Below, piece after piece: positions 14,165-26,186 of a DNA stretch of 64,000 bases. Origin of the DNA: Psilocybe cubensis (taxonomy: Eukaryota). Under the pieces are notes generated by a model, which saw nothing but the letters and a program-made list of their open reading frames with translations, ran no database searches and had not been told where the DNA came from. The stretch covers positions 806,001 through 870,000 of the forward strand of contig CM038998.1 of the NCBI GenBank assembly GCA_017499595.2, written 5' to 3'. Positions within the stretch are counted from its first letter, which is position 1. Each line of letters starts with the position of its first letter. The translations under genes and the position numbers were made by a program.

Positions 14165-17100
14165 ATGCCTGCCACACTCACGTCCCTCCCGCTCGAGCCG
14201 CTGCATGATATCGCATTCCACCTCGTCGCGCATACGCCCCTCGGCCCGCCCGCTGCGCTCCTCCCGCTCCTCCTCACATGCCGCCACGTACACCGCGCCC
14301 TCACAGCAGGCGGACACCCCGCGCCGTCCTATCCACCATCCTATCTCGCCAAGCAGCGCCGTGCCCAGTCCCAGTCCCAGTCCCAGTCCCAGTCCAAGGC
14401 GAAAGGGAAGGGGAAAGAACCTGCAGATACAGATGCAGACACAGATGCGGATAATAGAAAAAGGTTTCCCCCGCCACTGACGATAGCACCCACACTCTCC
14501 CCTGCGCTCCTCGCACGCGTGTTTAGACTCAAGTTCGATGTGGGCGCGGTGCGCAGACGGCTGTTCGTCCCCCGCGCGGCGGATATGGCGGAGCAGCTCG
14601 TCGTCGCGTGTCGCGTGCTCCGGTTCTTGCGCCGCTTTCGTGCGCGGCTTGTTAGGTCCATGTCTAGCGATTACAATAATATCTACAACGATAACGATAA
14701 CGTGGAGGAGGATGAGGAAGAGGAGGAGGAGGATGAAGATGATATTGGGATGGAAGACCATCTATACACGATGCTCTTCATGATGCTCGACAACGACGGC
14801 AAAAACTACGCGCAGCTCGTACATGCAGGTATACACCCCTTCCTCACGTACTACCTCAAACACCACATCTGGCCTCCCACCCCCTCCTCTGCTTCCCCAT
14901 CAACCCACCTCAACATCCCCCTCCCCCTCCCCCTCCCTCATCCCGACGCCCCTCCCACCACGACCATCCGCATCCCCCTCCCCCTGCAAACCAACGACGG
15001 CTGGCCGCCCGACACACCCGCCACCCGCGCCGCGCTCTGGCTCCTCTGGCTCACCGCCGACCGCGCGCACCTCCTCGCCGAGCCGGTGTGGGAGAGGGAG
15101 GATGTGGTGCTGGCCGTGCTCCCGTTTGCGGTGCTGCCGCAGAGGTATGCGGCGGGGTGGGCGCCGCCGAATCATTTTGAGGTGCCTGTTAAGGTTGGGA
15201 GGGAAGGAGGGTTGGGGAGGGAAGGGAGGAGGGAAGGTGGTGGAAATGGACAAGAGAGACAAGGCAGGAGAGGCCATCAACTCCCAATCACAATCCCGCT
15301 CCCCGGCTCATCCTCCGCGTCGTACCCTCTCTACCCCTCCTTCTCCTCTTCCTCTCCCTCTCCCTCTCCCTCTCTCTCGACGGAAACACAAACACAGACA
15401 CAAACGCATACAACCGAACAACCACTCACACAATCCCACGCATACTTCTCCACAACACTAAACAGCACGATTCCACCCGCGTCTATACCCGCCAAACTCC
15501 TCCTTGTGGCCAGGAGGGAGCTGAGGGATATGATGGTGCCCCCGCATTTGCCTCTTGGGCCGCCGCCAGGTGGTCTTCCTCCTGCTGGTAATCCTGGTGG
15601 TGGTGGTGCCGGTGCTGGTGCCGCGGGTGCTGGTGCTGGCGGTGCGGGTGGTGGCGGAGGAGCGGGTAATGTGGGTGGTGGGGGAGGAGGAGGGGGTAAC
15701 CCAGGAGCAGGCGGGCTGACACAAGCAGACTACCACGTCCTCAACCGCGCTAAAGCCGCCATGCTCCCCCGCGGCGCATGTTGGGATTGGGAGGAGGGGG
15801 TTGCGAGGGAGGTTAATTCTAGGCTTGGGGGTGGTGGGTCGGCTGCTGGAGGAGGAGGAGCGGGTGGAGGAGGAGGAGGCGCGGGTGGTGGTGGTGGTGG
15901 TGGTGCGAGTGCGAGTGGTGCGAATGTAGGAGGAGGCGGTGGAGGAGAGACACAGCCGCCACAAACAAAACCTCCAAAACCAAAAAAGATCAAAGCAGGC
16001 GACGAAGAGAGTAAAAAATGGGACGAGACGTTTTGGAGGATGCGGTTGTGCGGGCGGTGGGTCGATGTCGACGCTGCTCTCGGCGGCGATGTCGCTGGTG
16101 GCGTTGACGCTCTCGGCGGCGGGGACGTCGTCGGCGCTCTCGGGGAAGAGGGTAGGGAGGCAAAGGGAGGAGAGGGGTATGGAAGAGAGGGAAGGGAAGC
16201 AAAAGGGGGAGAAGGAGAATGGATAGGAGAGGACGAGCTGATGTTCAGACCTGGCGAGGTGTACGTTCCGGGGTCGATGCATGGGATATGGCAGGGCAAG
16301 ATTTATGTGCGTGTGTTTCGTTTTTTTTCTTTGCTTTTTTCTTTGCTTTTTTCTTTTTTTTTTGTTGGTTTTTTCATTGGTTTTTTTTGGTTGGTTTGTC
16401 GGGTTGGTTGCATGTGTTGGCTTTTTTGGTTGGTTTTTTTGTTGGTTTTTTAGTTGGTTTTTTTTTCGTTGGTAGCATGCGTTGTTTTATCGCGTTCTCG
16501 CGTCCTCTCGTTGGTCGCGCGTTTCTCGCGTGCGTTGGTTTCTCGTGTTGGTTTTTCTTTTTTTTGCTTTTCGTTGGTTTATCGCGTGCGTTCTTTGCTT
16601 TTCGCCTTCGTTTCTCGCGTTCTTTCGCGCCTTTCTCGCGTTCGCGCGTGCGTTCTCGCGCGCGTTGGTTTTTCGCCTTGGTTTTTCGCGTGCATTGGTT
16701 TCTCGCGTGCGTTCTCTCGTTGGTTGCTCGCGCGTTTATCGCGTGCGTTCTCGCGTTCTCTCGCACCTTTCTCGCGCGCGCGCGCGCAAGCGTTCTCTTG
16801 CACCTTGCGCATGCGTTTTCGCATTCTCGCATTCTCTTGCACCTTGCGCGTGCGTTCTCGCGTTCAACGCTTATTCATTTGTTTTATTTCATTTCTCCTT
16901 ACCTTTACCTTTATCCTCAAACTCCCCTCCCCTCCCCTTCACCTCCCCTCCAACCTCTCTAACCCAAAACCAACCAAAACCAAAACTAACCTCCCTCCCT
17001 CCCTCCCACCCTCTCTCTACAGATCCCACAAGGCCCGCAATTCAACCACGTCCTGCAGAACCCGCAGTATCCGTCGCTTATCTGTCCAGAGGCGGTTGCG

Positions 17101-20100
17101 CAGGTGCAGGTGCAGGCGCGGGCGATTTTGTTGGCGCAGGCGCAGGCTCAGGTGCAGGTGGAACAACAGGTTCAGGCGCAGGGAGAACAACAGGCTCAGG
17201 CGCTGGGAGAACAACAGGTTCAGGCTCAAGTACAACAACAACCTCAGGCGCATGCTCAAGCAGAACAACAGGCGCAGGCTCAGGCTCAGGATCCGCACCA
17301 ACTCGCTCCTCACCAACCCCCACAACAACCTCCACAACACCAAACACTCACCCTCACCCTCCCAGGCGGCGGCACGAACCCGCGCCTCTTCTCCGAGTCG
17401 TCGCTTCAACTCGTGATGCAGCCCGTGTGTTTGGAGATTGCGGAGCATCATCGGGTGTGTCTTGGAAGTTGCTGCGTTTCTGTGGGTTCTTCTTTGTCTG
17501 CGTCGTCTTTGTTGGGTGATGGGTCTGGTGCTGCGGCGAACGCGTCGGCGTCTGGTTCTGCGGCGAACGCGCCGGCGTCTGCTGCGTCTGGTTCGTCTAC
17601 GAACGAGAAAGAGAAAAAGAGAAAAGACAGCCTCTCACCCCTCTCCGAAGCAAAAGCGGAAAGAGGATGCGGCGTGCTCCCGCTCCCGCCGCTTGTGGAG
17701 GGGAGGCTGCCGCTTGGAGCGAGGGTTTATGTTGCGGGTTCTGTTGCTCCTTCTACTGCTTCGAATACAGAGGCGAGTTCGGGGTCGGGGTCTACGGCGT
17801 CTGGGTCTACGGCGTCGAGTTCGGGGACGGCGGAGGAGGAGGAGGAGTCGGGGTCGGGGTCTACGGCGTCGAGTTCGGGGTCAGAGTCTGCTGCGTCGGA
17901 GGAGGAGGAGGAGGAGGAAGACGAGGAAGACGAGGACGAGGACGAAGAAGAGGAGGAGGAGGAAGATGAAGAGGACGACGACGACGAGGATGAAGAAGAT
18001 GAGGACGAAGAAAACTCTCAAGAAAGCATCGAAGAACCCGCACAGGCTCAAGCGCCCCCAACACAACTTGAGAACGCAAACGCAAACGCAAACTCAGGAG
18101 AAGGAACAGGAACAGCAATGGTGCAGGCGGAAGGGAGCGGCGAACCGCACGAGGCGGCTGTTGAGGCGGGCGCGACTGCTGTGCCTGTGCCGCTGCCTCC
18201 GGATCTTGGGGGTGCGGGTGCGGGTGCTGGGGGTGGTGCGGGTGCTGGTGGTGCTGGTGCGGGTGCGGGTGCTGGTGCTCCTCATAACCAGAACCAGAAC
18301 GCAGGGCAAGGGCAAGGTCAAGCACCTAACCAAGGACAAGCAGCCAACCAAGGACAAGCACCCCACGATGAAGCCAACCAAGAACCCAACCAAGCACCCA
18401 ACCAACAACAACAACCCGCACCCCTCCCACCCCTGGCACTCCTAGACTACAGCATGCGCAACGCGTGGTTCGACGGTGAGCCAGGCGGCGTGGCTGTCGT
18501 TCCGCGGCGCCAGATCGTCAGATCCGGTTCCGGTTCCATTGGAAGTGACGGAGAGGGGACGGGGACAAGGATGAGGAGGGAAGAGGTGGTTGTGAGCACG
18601 GGATTCGTGAGACCTGATTTGAACGTGCCGAGCGGGTGCGTTGGTCAAGGGAGAGCAGCAGGAGCGGGAGGGGGAGGGGGAGAGGAGAGGAAGACGTACG
18701 TGTATGAGACGTATGATCCTGAGCGTGTATCGTCGCATGATGCGCATCTCGTCTTTGCGCCTTCTTCTTCTTCTTCAAACGCCAACGCGAATGGTACAGA
18801 CGCGAACGCGAACGCGAATGGGATGATGAACCCGGAGTGTGTGACGTGCGCTGCGCTCGCGAGAGCGCGTAGGGAGGAGCGCGCGCGGGAGGAGGAGGAG
18901 GCGAGGAGGATGTTGGATCGGGCTATGCGTCGCGTTGGGCGTGGGGGTGGGGGTGGGCTTGACCTTGAGCTTGGGCTTGGACGTGGTCTTGGGGATGGGA
19001 AGATGGATGTTGACGAAGATGACGAGGAGGAAGGGGGAGAGATGGGGATGGAGATGGAGGATATCGATATGGCGGATTTTGCGCGTGGATTCGAGGCGGC
19101 TGTCGGTGGTTCCACCCGCGCCTCCTCTTCCTCCTCCTCCTCCTCCTCCGAAGACGACGAAGACGATGCCAACTCAGACGAAGACGAAGACGAAGACGAA
19201 GACCTGAATGCAAACCTCAACATAGGTACCGATATGGACCTCGATCCAACACACCTCGCCGCATTCGCGTCGCATGTGTGTATACCGGGCCGTGTTCACC
19301 GTGTACGCGTGCGCCGCGTCGATGAGGATTTGTATTACCACCACCACCACGATGATGATGGGGAAAGAAGGAGGGAAAGGAAGAGGATGGTGTTGGGTGA
19401 TGATGTGCCGCGCGGTGAGAGTGGATATGTCGCTTTTCTGTGTTTGGGCGGTGGGTCTGCCGTGGATGAGGAGGAGGAGGAGGAGGAGGAGGAGGAGGAG
19501 GACGGAGAGGACGGAAGTAGCTCTGAAGAAGAGGAGCGTGGAGATGCTGGGAGGGAGAGGAAGCGGAAGAGGGCGGGTGTGGATGTGGATGAGCATATGT
19601 CGGGATATGTTAGTGGTCGTGGGCGTGGGCGTCGAGATGGACCGAAGCGCGCGCGGAGGAGTGAGAGCGCAAGTACCAGCACTACTACCACCACCACCAC
19701 TTCACCAACACACAACCGGCTACACAAAATCCACCCACACCCCCACCGCATCCACATCATCCCGCCCACCCGCCGCGAATTCGAGCGCGCGCGCATCGGG
19801 GCGGCGTGTACAGGCATCCGCGATACCATCGTCACAGGCGGGGTGCCGGGGTCATCTTCCTTCCCCGCCTACTCCTCTTCATCTTCATCTCACTTGTCGC
19901 CGTCGGAACGGCGCCGGCTGCGCCAGCGCAGCTTGGTGATGTCCGCGCTGTACCAGGATGTTGTGGTGTATGGCCGTGTGAGGCGGTGGGATGGGCTTGT
20001 GGGGATGCTTAGGATCAGTCGGTCCGCGCACCAGCAGGCACAGGCACAGGCGCAGCAGGGTGCAACGACAACGCCGAGTGCGAATTATCTGTTTGTGTTT

Positions 20101-20238
20101 GGGTATGTGGTTGGCAAGCGGAATTTTGTGGGGGAGTGGAGGATGGCGGCGGCGGATCCGTTGAGGCCTGGGTGGGGAGGCGCGTTTGTGATGAGTAAGC
20201 TTGAGGAGGATGAAGAGGGGGAGGAGGAGGGGGTGTGA
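14165..20238 (+). CDS. Giant low-complexity protein (~1785 aa) with F-box-like N-terminus; 2 exons (14165-16306, 17023-20238)
   Basis: MPATLTSLPLEPLHDIAFHLV...LLPLLLTCR start. The intron GTGCGT(16307)...CTAAC...TACAG(17022) joins the 789- and 1044-aa ORFs in frame. Globular-looking C-terminus YGRVRRWDGLVGMLR...NFVGEWR...WGGAFVMSK. Confidence 0.8.
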
Positions 20239-21082
20239 TGGATCTTTTGGGTTTTCATTTTTTCTTTCTTTTTCTTTTTTTTTATTTGACGTCGTTGCGT
20301 CAACGTCATCTCATCTTTATAAGTTATCCTGCTTTCACGATGTTGCCTACGACCGCCCCATGGGCCTATTGCGTTCGCTTTCGCTTTTCGCTTTTAGCTG
20401 TTTGCTTTCAGTTGCCATGCCTTTTGCTTTTCGCCTTTTGCTTTTCACTGCGCGCCTTTGTAACAGACGCAGTTGTACCACAACCATGCAAACACCATAC
20501 CACCACCATCATCATCTTATGACCACCACCACCACCGCAATAACAACAATAACAACAACGCCAGCAATTAACAACAACAACAAAACTACCAACGCACGCA
20601 TATCCCATACATCATATACATCTATACCCCCATACCCCCATTACCACACACGCACGTACACACGCACACGCACATACACATACAATCTCGACTAGAACCA
20701 ACCACCATACCATCAATATTCAATGTCAATATCAATTACCCCGATGCATCCCAAAAAATGTACTTGTAGCCCCCACACCACCCCCCACACCCCTCATATC
20801 TCGTATCTCATATGTCATATCTCGTATCTCATATCTCGTATCTCATTATTTAGACGGCTGTTCGATTGGATTTCTCTCTTTTTTCTCTTTCAATCTCGTT
20901 TAATTATTATGTGCACTGCATTGTATCGAATTTGTTAACTTTTAAGAAAATGATGAATCGTTGAATACTTTGGAAGAATTTGTTGTGGAGTGTTGGAATT
21001 TGGGATGTTTTTTGTGGTGCTTCGTGTCTTCCTCTCCAGGTTACTTCAAATTCAGAAACATCTATATCATTAAATGGATTGA

Positions 21083-24037
21083 TTATACAAAATTTTTAGA
21101 TAAAGGGTGTGCCTTCCAGGAAACCGGCCATTTCGCTTCTTCCCATTCCTTCTTTATATACTCTGGAGGCTCTCCAATGAATTGTGGGAGTATTCTGTAC
21201 GACATCGCGAACAGATCCGCCACGTAATCCCCGGACGACCAAGAATCCGGCCAGACCCCAAGACGCAGATGAACGTCGTTTCTCAACTGCCAGAGCACAT
21301 CAAATGTTTCCCAATTCTGGATCAAATGGTCTGGGAGTGAATAACGTGAATAACGGTATGTCGGGGGTTGGTATTCCTCTGCGTAGCGAAATCCTAGTTT
21401 ATTAAATGTTCTGCCATCGCATTGGTCGTGCATAGCAGAGATAGATTCCAGTGTCGGTCGGCCTGGCTGTACTGTGCAGGTTCCGTCGTCGGAATAACAG
21501 TATGGCTGCCCAAGTGGGGAAATATTCCCCGTAAACTTATTTAGGTATTTTTCTTACTGCGTGAATTTGTAAAAAATATGTTGGAGTGCGGAAACATTTT
21601 TTGAGTGCGCAGATTGTTTTCTAGCTTAGCCGTAAATATATTTGATTGCGCGGAAACATATTTGACTGCGCGGAAACATATTTTGGACATATTTTGCTAG
21701 CGCACGTAAATTTCTACTGCCCTCAATTACATTTAATGCATAAATACTGTGCGCGTAGATACATTTTGTGCCGCAAACAAATCTTTCGATGCGCGGAAAA
21801 CAATGTTCAATTGCACTATTTCTAGCCTAAAGTGACCAGCCGTTATGCCGAGATTATGTAAAATGATCAAAAATGGCACCTCGGCAAACGCAAATTAGTT
21901 CAAGCTCCGATTGTTCTCTACAAAATAAATAGCTATTCTCTATTCATTACCACTTTATAGAGAAGTTTAACAGCTTCTTTAATAGTATATATGTGTTAAA
22001 TACACACTACAGGTCACTTTGAGGACTCCCCATCAATAGTACAGCCTGTACGCCATTTAAGACAGCTCTGGCACTATGTGAAAACCACCGTGGGAAAGAC
22101 ATCAATCAGTACATCTGTGTGTGTGGTATGTGCATTGGCGCATCTGTAGAGTCAGGCATGGTTAAATACGATTAAAAAATAAATAAAGACGTTTATTCAA
22201 CAATAATTAATGGGTACTAAGATATTGAGCACAGCTGCGATGTAGAAAGTGAAATATTAGCAATGACAAATGTGAAAGAGGATTAGTGACTGGTGCAAGC
22301 AAAGCGAAATTGAACAGTCGGAGATTGAACTCATTTACGTCTGCCGAAGTGCCATTTTGGATCATTTTACATAATCACGGCAACCGCGGCTGGCCACTTT
22401 GTCAAGAAATGGTCATTTCGAATAATGTTTTCCGCGCATTGAAAAGTTTGTTCAGCGCACAAGATATATTTACGTGCATGTAATTTACACGTTGAATATA
22501 TTTTGGAGCAGAAACAATGCACTCGCACTTGCAAATTATGTCTGAAAATATGTTTTCGCGCAGCCAATTGTGTTCACGGAATCATCAAACTGGCCCAGAA
22601 AGCAATCTGCGCACCAAACAAATGTTTCCGCGCACAAATTTTTTTTTATTCTTGATGCACTTTTCAAAAATAAGGAAATTATATTTACGGGGAATATTTC
22701 CCCACTTGGGCAGCCATATAACAGTGTCTCAATTTTAGTCGAGGGAGAAGCTCTAAAGGAAGCGGCATTGCGCCTGATGCTACAAAGATATGCTTCAGGT
22801 TTGGAAACAACACATCGTCTTCAGATGAAAGGTCGTGGAACTGATCGTCTAAGCAGAACGCCTCCAACAGGTCTTCCAAATGTGCCATCTGTCCCCAAGC
22901 GCTATCAGAATCGGTCGGTTTGAGGTGAAAAAAAAAGGATGTGACCGAGGTAAGAGATTCTGCAAGAAGGACAAGGTCATCAACCGAGATACATCCGTAG
23001 TTGAGAGAAAGTTCCGTGATGGTGCAACGGGAACGGTCAACCAAGTCCAAAAAATCTTCTGCTGGAAAAGGAGGAGCGTGCTGGACACCGAAAATAGTCA
23101 GATTTGGGAGTATGAGGTTCCTGAGAAAGGCAGAAACAATCGGGGTGTTTGCGGCGCTACTATCAGGATCTTCACTATAGGCGTCTATATAGAGGTTTTG
23201 TAGGTTTGCACAGCGCAAGGATGTGGTTCCTGCCAAGGTTCCGTTGGGAATCTCTTGAACAACGTCGTTGGAGTAAATGAAAAGGCGGAGTTTAACAAGC
23301 CTAGGAGCCAGGGTAAGTACCTTAAAGGTATCATTGAGAGATAAGTAACTCGAAACAAATTCAGTAAGATTGCTCCAGTCTATGGAAAAGCGGTCCAGTT
23401 TAAATAGTTCAAGGGTCAGGGAGAGTGGTGCTGCATTCCCAAAATTGATGACAGCCAATGGGTCGGAGAGGTCTTCTAAGATGCAGTATATCCCCAACTC
23501 CCTCAAGAGACATGGTGAATCAAAGGGGCGCTCCGCAGAGATACGTGCAAGCATGGAGGTGCTCAGCCCCGATAGAATGAGTTTCTGGCAACGATGAAGG
23601 ACCTCACAGATGGCATCTGCAAGAGGGGCGAAAATCTGAAGATCCTGCTGCAACTCGGGTTCCAATGGCCCAGGTTCCAATGGCCCAAAAATATTGATTG
23701 AAAGAGGACGATTTCCGGAGCGGCCAAGCCACTCAATTGCAAGCTGTACCATTTGCGCTGCCGTTGTGGAGCGCGGTTTTATTTTGAACAGAGGATTATT
23801 CCACAGGTGAGGAGATTCCCAGGCAATTTTGCGCCATCGTTGACATACAGCACCTAGAGGAAGAACGTCCTCGGGGGGGACACCAACACCCCGAGTGGCA
23901 TTGACGGACAAGTCGATATAAAACTGAAATATATACGCAAGGATTTCTACGGGCATTCGATCGGTCACATTCCTGACAGTGAGGGTTTGTTGGTTGAGCT
24001 GAGGCAAGGGTATCTCCTGGGGCAGTGGAGTTGACAT
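21083..24037 (-). pseudogene. F-box/LRR-like gene interrupted by a DNA transposon
   Basis: F-box motif DRMPVEILAYIF...LGAVCQRWRKIAWESPHLW. Removing 21502-22717 plus one TSD restores ...KLRHCYSDDGTCTVQPGRPTLESISAMHDQ..., in frame with ORF 21083-21433. Confidence 0.85.
21502..22717. mobile_element. Non-autonomous DNA transposon with ~410-bp imperfect TIRs
   Basis: Perfect outer TIR ATGGCTGCCCAAGTGGGGAAATATTCCCCGTAAA; inverted similarity extends to ~21916/~22310. TSD ATAACAGT at 21494-21501 and 22718-22725 (or 6-bp TAACAG with 1-bp wider ends). Confidence 0.9.
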
Positions 24038-24228
24038 AGGTAGGGGAAATCTCTTTGACGTTGGAAGTTGGATGTTGGATGTGAACGTGCGTGTGAACCT
24101 TTGCCCTTTTATTCCTTTCATCCTTTCATGGTCACTTTCACGAATCACTTTCAATCTCCGTTCAAACTCCGAGACCCTTGCTGGAAATGGGTTTATTAGG
24201 GTATCAGACTCTGACTGGGCTAAAAGGT

Positions 24229-24430
24229 GTACCACCACCATCACCCCATGACCAACACCTGCACTGGCAACACTACCCAATTACACACACCCCATTCACA
24301 TCGTACATCTGTACCCCCCTTTACTGTATACGCACACGCAACATATGCACACAACCTCGACTAGAACTACCCTCAACTCCGAGTCGATGCATCCCAAAAG
24401 TGTACTTGGGTAGTAACACACCACACCACA
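24229..24430 (+). repeat. Diverged direct copy of 20495-20790 (3' region of the giant gene)
   Basis: Collinear anchors: TACATCT(A/G)TACCCCC, CTCGACTAGAAC (20687/24356), CGATGCATCCCAAAA..TGTACTTG (20742/24385). Confidence 0.75.
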
Positions 24431-26186
24431 CATTGCTCATTGTTCATAAAGGTAATCTATGGACGAAGTAGCGTATTCCTCATGGCTCGTGATGATTGTT
24501 AATAACGAAGATCTCATTGTCATGTGTTGCCATCGATAAGGGTCACGCTTTCGTACATTAAGCGCCCGTGGGTTGATTTGTATAAGAGACATTCCACTTC
24601 CTGAGATGCAGCTCGGTGACTTCTGAATCCTTAGTGCAATACTAATTTATCATGATTGAAGTCTTGTTCCTCCGCTTCCAAAGTTTATCAGCGAGACGCA
24701 TACAAGTAAAAAAGTTTGATCTGTCCAAGTTATCCGAGGACCCGGAACATCCCTTGGAATGGGAGACGATTGCAAAACTCTTACACATTCGTGACACCAG
24801 CTCTACCAACATCTTGCAGTCAATTTTCTCAAAACAATCCTCCTTTCATCCGGCATGCGACAGGTCCCATTGGTATAAATGCGTTGATTTGAGTTATCCT
24901 TATGGACATGGTGCTGTGGTTCACTTTCCGATGGAAGAATCTAAAGCAAGGGAATCTGTCAATAAGTCTTTTAAATTTTAAAGTAGATCAGTATAAGTTG
25001 TATCCAAGATGGTTTTCAAGCTGTTCCAAAAGCATTGTCCAATTCAGTGCGCATATTATTGTAATTGATCCGGTGCCCCAGTCAATGAAGGCCACAAATT
25101 AAGCGCCCATACAAAGTTTAGACCATTCTACCCACTAAAATGCAATGCTAAAGTAAGTATATTGGCCCTTGGAGGAGCCCTTAGCCCTATAAACTTTATG
25201 TACCCCCCCTTCGCTAATCTTCATGAAGCCTCTGCGAATTATGACACTACATATACAGTCATCACAAGCGGAAGCATTCTAAAATTAGATTCAACGCGGA
25301 ATTTATTGTTAATCATGCTTGGGTTACGGGTCTTATAATACATAATTGAGAAGAACTGGATGTTTGCATGGTATCTCTCAGAAGTTCCTTATCAACTCTT
25401 TTCCTGGCCTAATGGAATAATAGCAGTTCGGGAACAGTATAGATTGTATAGCTTTACTCGGTCCCCATGTCAGCAGGTCACTTTCTTCCTTGCTACTCAA
25501 TTGTTACTCTCAGATTTTACCCAATTTGCTGAAGAAGCTAAGCTAATTGAGCAGCAATATGTGTTTGAAGGGGATTATATTGTGCCTGGTTTGTAAGCCC
25601 TGGGTATATAAAGCCCTTGTTGTAGCTTGGATTACTCCTTGCTAACTCCCCACTTTTTTCAGGCTCGATAAAGATATTTCCCTACGCCATTCTCCCCAAT
25701 ACCCACAGTTTTTACGGAAATTAACAAATGCTCTACTACTGCAACAGGTGCAATCATCACTTTACACCAAGGAACGAGATGCACAATCACATCCCCACAA
25801 ACCCTCAACCCAATCACTGCACGATATGCGACACCGATGTTGAAGATACAACAATCCACATTAAAGCCCATCATGCAACCTGCGCGATCTGCGATATAAT
25901 TTACAAGGACAATCATGGCTTTTTTTTTTTTTTTTTTTTTTATTTTGTGTTATAGCCTCTGAGGGGTGGACCCCTCCCTTGGCTTTGTGCTACGTACTCT
26001 ACCTACTGCACCCCTTTGGTGCTGGGCTTTCCTCAGTTCATCTCTGCGCCATGGGGGGCCCTCACGTCCCCCCACCTGGCCCAACCTTTCCTAGGTTGTT
26101 TGAGATGACACTTCCAGCCTCGTTTCGGCTTCTCTCTACGGTGTTTTCTCCTTTTACTGACTCGTTTGTGGGTGGTGTTATGTTGT

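Larger units (their letters stand above)
7300..20950. repeat. Microsatellite/low-complexity domain (approximate limits)
   Basis: Dense short tandem duplications throughout, e.g. (CTTCAGA)n ~10950, (GCGAATT)n ~11180, (TGAACT)n ~12540, (CCCAGT)n ~14365, poly-GAG/GGT in exons, with alternating GT-rich and CA-rich blocks. Confidence 0.85.

Noticed and set aside
16219-17519. Long ORFs in several frames across the intron
   Set aside because: A-poor sequence lacks stop codons; translations are biased, and clean splice signals explain the region.
21640-21800. Repeated GCGCGGAAACATA units suggesting a CRISPR-like array
   Set aside because: Irregular spacing, inside transposon arms, eukaryotic context, no cas genes.
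24652-24981. 109-aa ORF
   Set aside because: No recognisable motif or partner exons; at most a gene relic.
26026-26130. Hammerhead-like words (CGAAAC, GUC, CUGAGGA) around the LINE 3' structure
   Set aside because: Stem III would be only 2-3 bp, extra bases precede CUGA, and the second copy reads CCGAUGA; not a canonical hammerhead.
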